Positions 59,493 through 64,000 of a stretch of DNA of 64,000 nucleotides are shown here, in pieces. The first letter of the stretch is position 1; each line of letters begins with the position of its first letter. A program made the position numbers and the translations under genes. The stretch is from sequence record PP456879.1. The stretch is one strand, 5' to 3'. The notes beneath the pieces are model-generated. The model worked only from the letters and a program-made list of their open reading frames with translations, was not told where the DNA came from and did no database searches.

Positions 59493-59876
59493 TTATTTAA
59501 TGGTAAGAATAGTAATTTTTTCAGGATTTACTGGAACTTTAATTTTAGATTTATGTTGGAGAAACTCAACAACCACCATAGACTTATCCATTTTATACAC
59601 TTCACATACTTTGACAAGCCTATCTACTACGCAACCAATTTTACCGGCATTTTGAGAAAAGAAAGATTTTGCTTTTCTAATAGCCTCGCGTTTCTCAAGC
59701 ATTTCCATATGCATATTTTCAATATGTTTATCGCGTTGAACACGATTAAACTTACGCATATGTCGTTCGATCTTACTAATTTCAGAAGAGTGTAATGAAT
59801 AAGCAGCAGCTTCTTTCAGTTTCTCATATACTTCCACTGCCATTACCACGTGATCATCTTCAAAATTTCTTTTCAT
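59493..59876 (-). CDS. hypothetical cytoplasmic protein
   Basis: 127 aa, helical N-terminus, SH3-like C-terminus. Confidence 0.7.
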   Translation of the reverse strand: MKRNFEDDHVVMAVEVYEKLKEAAAYSLHSSEISKIERHMRKFNRVQRDKHIENMHMEMLEKREAIRKAKSFFSQNAGKIGCVVDRLVKVCEVYKMDKSMVVVEFLQHKSKIKVPVNPEKITILTIK

Positions 59877-59889
59877 ATCTATGCCTTTT

Positions 59890-60684
59890 TTACTGTTTGA
59901 TTAAATTTGACACTGCTTCTTGTTTACATTGAGTATTCATCCATAATGCAATGTCTTTGGGTTCTTGTCCAGTTTCCACCATATCGATAATGATACGGGT
60001 ATTACGTTGTGCTTTCTCACGGGCATTTAACATATCAGGATCATTAATAATGAATTCCCTACCCATAACTGGATCTAATCCAATATAAGCTTTAGATGCA
60101 ATAGTTCTCACCATTGCTTCATATTGGTCACATCCACGTTCAGTTAATACAAGGTTATCTGCATTGGCACTACCGCCAAATAGCAAACCTAGGAATCCAT
60201 AGAAAAAAGTGTGACGTATTGTCTTCCAACAAATACGCATCTCTTCATTTTTTGTATAAAGCTTTTCCCAATCAAACATTAAATAGAAACTTTCTTTTTG
60301 GATAGAAGGGTGTAACCAAATAGGTTTAATACTTACTTCAAGAAGTTTACTATTTGGATTCTTACCGATAAAGATAACTTCAACAATGGCTCGTGCTAAA
60401 GCATCTTTTTCTTTACCATTCCATCCAAATTTTATTTCATCAGCCGTAATGTAAAGACGTATTCCATCACCCACGTATTTGGGTAACCAAACAGCTTTAC
60501 CTAGTTGCACTGGAACATCATTAGGGATTCCCCCAACCATCCAGGTGGCCTTGGTGAAATGAATAGCAACATCATCATTCAACCATTTTAGAATAGCTGG
60601 CCTTACCCAACTATCTACCAAATTACCACATGTCAATGCAGCTAGCATAGCCATGAGCATAATGACAATATAGATACTAATCAT
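59890..60684 (-). CDS. fusion ORF; C-terminal 116 aa (from ATG 60240) is two-Cys family member 3
   Basis: internal signal peptide MRICWKTIRHTFFYGFLGLLFGGSANA, TERGC ... TQC. Confidence 0.65.
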   Translation of the reverse strand: MISIYIVIMLMAMLAALTCGNLVDSWVRPAILKWLNDDVAIHFTKATWMVGGIPNDVPVQLGKAVWLPKYVGDGIRLYITADEIKFGWNGKEKDALARAIVEVIFIGKNPNSKLLEVSIKPIWLHPSIQKESFYLMFDWEKLYTKNEEMRICWKTIRHTFFYGFLGLLFGGSANADNLVLTERGCDQYEAMVRTIASKAYIGLDPVMGREFIINDPDMLNAREKAQRNTRIIIDMVETGQEPKDIALWMNTQCKQEAVSNLIKQ

Positions 60685-60687
60685 AGT

Positions 60688-61047
60688 CTACTCCAAGTTA
60701 AATTTAGTACCAATTGCTTCAACACAATTTTCAGCTAACCTATCTAGGATAGCTCCATTGGTAAATCCTTTTCGTTTATTTACTCGAATATCAACTAAGT
60801 TTAACTTGGCATATACCGCACCTGCATAGAACTCCAAGTCATCCATATCCTTACGAGAGATCATGTCTAACTGCATCATTATCTCAAATTGGGATAGGTT
60901 CTTATCATAAAGCTCAGTTGCTTTTTGTGAAAGATTTACTGCCACATTACATGATTTCTTAGTAATACCCACTTCTACAGCGTGGGCAGGCTGACATGCA
61001 ATGGACAGGATTGGCAGGAAAAGGAATAATAGCCAATTCTTAAGCAT
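60688..61047 (-). CDS. secreted two-Cys family member 4
   Basis: signal peptide ...AHA, TKKSC ... ENCVEAIGT. Confidence 0.75.
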   Translation of the reverse strand: MLKNWLLFLFLPILSIACQPAHAVEVGITKKSCNVAVNLSQKATELYDKNLSQFEIMMQLDMISRKDMDDLEFYAGAVYAKLNLVDIRVNKRKGFTNGAILDRLAENCVEAIGTKFNLE

Positions 61048-61059
61048 GTTGTACCTCCA

Positions 61060-61467
61060 TTATTTTAGAGTAAGTGGTTTTGCTTCAAACGCACCTGCCG
61101 CTACACAACGCTGGAAATAACCATCAATGATGAATTTCTCAGGAGTGGTCTTATAGACTTTAGCAGCATTTGTTGCACGTGGCAAACTTGCCTCAATTGC
61201 CATTTTATCTACCTTAGACCATAGGTAAAATAGACCAGTGAGTTCTTCAACTTTAGACTGGTTGGTCTTTAGATCTTTAGTGTTATTAAGGATATAATGA
61301 ATCCTTTCATAAGTCTTCATTTGCACTTCAGTTACAGATGCACCTTTTACAAACAATTCATCTGCCTGTTTTACAAACTCGATGCATGAATCACGATTAG
61401 TGTACATGACAGCCGAGTTAGCAGTGATAGTTACAATAGACAACATAAATACAATTACATATTTCAT
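61060..61467 (-). CDS. secreted two-Cys family member 5
   Basis: signal peptide ...ANS, NRDSC ... QRC. Confidence 0.75.
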   Translation of the reverse strand: MKYVIVFMLSIVTITANSAVMYTNRDSCIEFVKQADELFVKGASVTEVQMKTYERIHYILNNTKDLKTNQSKVEELTGLFYLWSKVDKMAIEASLPRATNAAKVYKTTPEKFIIDGYFQRCVAAGAFEAKPLTLK

Positions 61468-61493
61468 AATGAATTACCTCAAAATTAATTTTA

Positions 61494-61757
61494 TTAACTA
61501 TTGGTTTCACCACGAGTATTGAATTCTAAATCCAATACAACTTTAGTAAATTCTTCCAGTGCACCACCCTCGTAGATGAGTGGGTCACTGTCACCCCGGT
61601 ACATGCTACCTACCGGTACTTGACCACGAAACACCATCAGCATATCGTTTTTTACTATGACATGATGTTCATCCCCGACAGCAATGTCTTGGATGTGTCT
61701 CCAGCGTTCACGCAGTAAGCTGCAAGCGCACCATACGGATTTCAAACGTTCAGTCAT
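61494..61757 (-). CDS. hypothetical protein
   Basis: 87 aa, first gene after early promoter at 61791. Confidence 0.7.
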   Translation of the reverse strand: MTERLKSVWCACSLLRERWRHIQDIAVGDEHHVIVKNDMLMVFRGQVPVGSMYRGDSDPLIYEGGALEEFTKVVLDLEFNTRGETNS

Positions 61758-61790
61758 TGTATTGCCCTCTTGGTTATTAAATTCATATTT

Positions 61791-61819
61791 GTAATATAGC
61801 TTTTTAAATAGTTTAAATA
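61791..61819 (-). promoter_or_regulatory. phiKZ-type early promoter
   Basis: ATTTAAACTATTTAAAAAGC-TATATTAC next to terminator 61838-61857. Confidence 0.85.
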
Positions 61820-61875
61820 CAAAAAAAGATAAATAAAACCCTCCCCGAAGGGAGGGTGTATATTAAGTAATTATT

Positions 61876-62532
61876 TTAACATACAATTTCATTATCAGAA
61901 AATAGTTTATTATATTCTTTTAGTGCATCCCCACCAACCATAGTACACCTGCCATAGAGAACAGATATAGCCAGATCTTTAATAGCGGGGTGACAATTAT
62001 TTAACTTACTGATTAGTTGAGCTTTCTCAGTCAGATACAGTTCAGCAAAATCAGGCTTATCATTAACAATCGACCACATGTTTGAAATGGAATCTAGTAA
62101 CTTAAGAGATTGACCACTCCATGAAATGCGAGAAAGTCTTTCATGTTGTAAACTAATCCTAGTTTTACGATTACCTTCGTAAGTTACATTTGTTAGTTCA
62201 GTTACTAAATTAACAACAGGGATTGAGAATAGTTTAGTTAGATCAGAAGCAGTTACAGCAGTATCCTCAATTACATCATGTAACCATGCTGCTTTATAAG
62301 CAGCGTGAGATAGGTCGAATAATTGCGCCATCTCAGCTACTTGTAATAAATGATGCCAGTAAGGTTTTCCTGAACCATCTCGCAATTGACCAACAGCAGT
62401 ATGTGCCGCAATGGCATATGATGCAGCCATTGCATTACCCGCATTGGAATATTTGCCATTACCTAGATGGTTAGTTAAGAGAATATTCTCTTTCCCTCCT
62501 TCTAGAATATCGATAATTTCATTCATTAGCAT
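61876..62532 (-). CDS. HD-domain small alarmone hydrolase (Mesh1/SpoT-HD-like)
   Basis: RDGSGKPYWHH, AAWLHDVIEDT, LVTELT, LKLLDSISN. Confidence 0.85.
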   Translation of the reverse strand: MLMNEIIDILEGGKENILLTNHLGNGKYSNAGNAMAASYAIAAHTAVGQLRDGSGKPYWHHLLQVAEMAQLFDLSHAAYKAAWLHDVIEDTAVTASDLTKLFSIPVVNLVTELTNVTYEGNRKTRISLQHERLSRISWSGQSLKLLDSISNMWSIVNDKPDFAELYLTEKAQLISKLNNCHPAIKDLAISVLYGRCTMVGGDALKEYNKLFSDNEIVC

Positions 62533-62562
62533 AGCTATATTCCTATTTAAATTATTGGAAAC

Positions 62563-62997
62563 CTAATATAGGTCTTCACTAAATAAATATTTAGTTACTA
62601 ATCTATTTTCTAATTCAGCTCGATATAACTGATTATTATTCTTAGCGATAATTACTGCTTCTTCCCTAGAGTGGAAGTTTTCATACTGATCAATAAAACC
62701 TTGTTCATGATCATCTCCTGCATATTCATGCAATACCTTAAGACCACCATACATTAGCTGTTGTTGAGTCATTATGATTGATGAATGCCTCGCTGCAATG
62801 AAATAAACATCCTTCCATCTATTGCAGGCGGCAACTATCCTTAATTTCACATCGGGATGTTGTTCCCACCACCATAGACCAGTTTCCTCATTCCAATACC
62901 TTTCTTTCATTTGAGTTTTTCTAAACTCACCTTGTATGTCTAAAAGTCTAAATGCCTCTTCTTTAGACATAGCTTGTAGAATAGGATACTTATCCAT
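62563..62997 (-). CDS. conserved phage protein of unknown function
   Basis: QGFIDQYENFHSREEA...LFSEDLY. Confidence 0.75.
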   Translation of the reverse strand: MDKYPILQAMSKEEAFRLLDIQGEFRKTQMKERYWNEETGLWWWEQHPDVKLRIVAACNRWKDVYFIAARHSSIIMTQQQLMYGGLKVLHEYAGDDHEQGFIDQYENFHSREEAVIIAKNNNQLYRAELENRLVTKYLFSEDLY

Positions 62998-63026
62998 TTA
63001 ATACAGATACCTAATTGCGAAATAGA

Positions 63027-63046
63027 AAGAGCCCCGAAGGGCTCTT
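63027..63046 (-). terminator. terminator hairpin
   Basis: AAGAGCCC-CGAA-GGGCTCTT. Confidence 0.75.
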
Positions 63047-63047
63047 A

Positions 63048-63404
63048 TTATACAAGTAGCTTTTCAATAGTGAAGCTTGTCCAGACCATTGCCCTATAAC
63101 CAACACTCTCTTCAGTATAAGTGATATCATCAAACTTATTAGGTGGCATGAAACCACGTTGTGTACTAGCATCAGTCACAACAAGATTAGAATCTTTTAA
63201 AGTTTCATTTAGAGCCTTAAGTTTATCCTTACTAATTGATCCCTTAACATGGAACTTAAAATAAGCATAGCCTTTATGATTGATACGACAACTGTCAAGA
63301 ACAGTTTGTTTATCATTCATTTGACTCATCAGATCACTAATAACTGCATCATCTACAGGAGTATCATCATTGACAATATTGATTAATTCAATATAAGTTG
63401 GCAT
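63048..63404 (-). CDS. hypothetical protein
   Basis: 118 aa, AAGGA RBS. Confidence 0.7.
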   Translation of the reverse strand: MPTYIELINIVNDDTPVDDAVISDLMSQMNDKQTVLDSCRINHKGYAYFKFHVKGSISKDKLKALNETLKDSNLVVTDASTQRGFMPPNKFDDITYTEESVGYRAMVWTSFTIEKLLV

Positions 63405-63461
63405 TCTTTTTGTTTCCTTAATTAGATAAACTACATAAGATAATTTTTAATTGATATTCTA

Positions 63462-64000
63462 TTAAATTTTTAATAGGAGTCCACTGTGATTAAATGAGAT
63501 AATACAGTTATGTCCCATCATGGCAATATGATAAGATATTATATTATCACGTGTATCATTTGAAATCTTGTTCACCTTAAATTCATTCATGATCGCATTA
63601 TGAATGGCTAAGTCTTTTTCTCGATACTGCTTTGAGAAAAACATAATATCATTATGATTAATATTGATAGTATCCATTGTATTAAGAAAATCTTCAACAT
63701 CAAACTTTTTAATAGTTTCAGATTTTCCAACACAACGCTCGGTTTTATCAATTAATGAAAAACCAATAGTCCTAATTGGTTCATCCTTATTATGGAAGCT
63801 ATAATTGGTAATACTCATACCTACCAATAGTCCATTTTTATCTACATTAACTACTTTAGAATCAGTGTACTTATAAATATCATTGATTGCATAACCAGCT
63901 GAATATAATACATCTTTAAAATGACTAGTTACTTTATCAATAATAAAGTTTTGATAATCTGATTGATATAGTTTATCACTATATTCAAGCTTTTTGATAA
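63462..64000 (-). CDS. hypothetical protein, 5'-truncated by window edge
   Basis: frame of track ORF 63462..63827 stays open to position 64000. Confidence 0.7.
   Translation of the reverse strand, partial: IKKLEYSDKLYQSDYQNFIIDKVTSHFKDVLYSAGYAINDIYKYTDSKVVNVDKNGLLVGMSITNYSFHNKDEPIRTIGFSLIDKTERCVGKSETIKKFDVEDFLNTMDTININHNDIMFFSKQYREKDLAIHNAIMNEFKVNKISNDTRDNIISYHIAMMGHNCIISFNHSGLLLKI

Noticed and set aside
60688-63827. Assigning specific phiKZ gp numbers (e.g. gp241) to the right-end ORFs
   Set aside because: Gene counting is too ambiguous without an alignment.

Overview
Raw 64 kb segment of a phiKZ-like Pseudomonas jumbo phage (nucleus-forming lineage). The assignment rests on gene order and sizes recalled from phiKZ, the TATATTAC early-promoter motif and TATG late starts; no database search was run, and all phiKZ gp equivalences are from memory. 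Layout: 1-7.6 kb (+) three virion structural genes and the large terminase; 7.7-21.3 kb (-) early-type small-gene region ending in DHFR and three hypothetical genes; 21.6-35.5 kb (+) nrdA, nrdB, a glycine-zipper protein, a 646-aa head protein and seven tRNA genes interleaved with ORFs; 35.6-64 kb (-) dense accessory genes. Strongest leads: (1) several compact structured intergenic elements that start at the same TATGTA motif as the tRNA units, above all a ~140-nt candidate sRNA (27651-27790) exposing two C-rich anti-Shine-Dalgarno-like loops; (2) a tandem array of five divergent signal-peptide proteins, each with one conserved Cys pair (58.6-61.5 kb); (3) near-identical early-promoter cassettes suggesting modular shuffling; (4) unannotated-looking enzymes: two or three ADP-ribosyltransferase-fold proteins, a Zn deaminase, a Mesh1-like alarmone hydrolase, Ntn-hydrolase-like, TYW3-like and BCS1-like proteins; (5) a duplicated tRNA-Asn differing only in the T-loop. 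No CRISPR array, integrase, transposase, intron or intein was seen.
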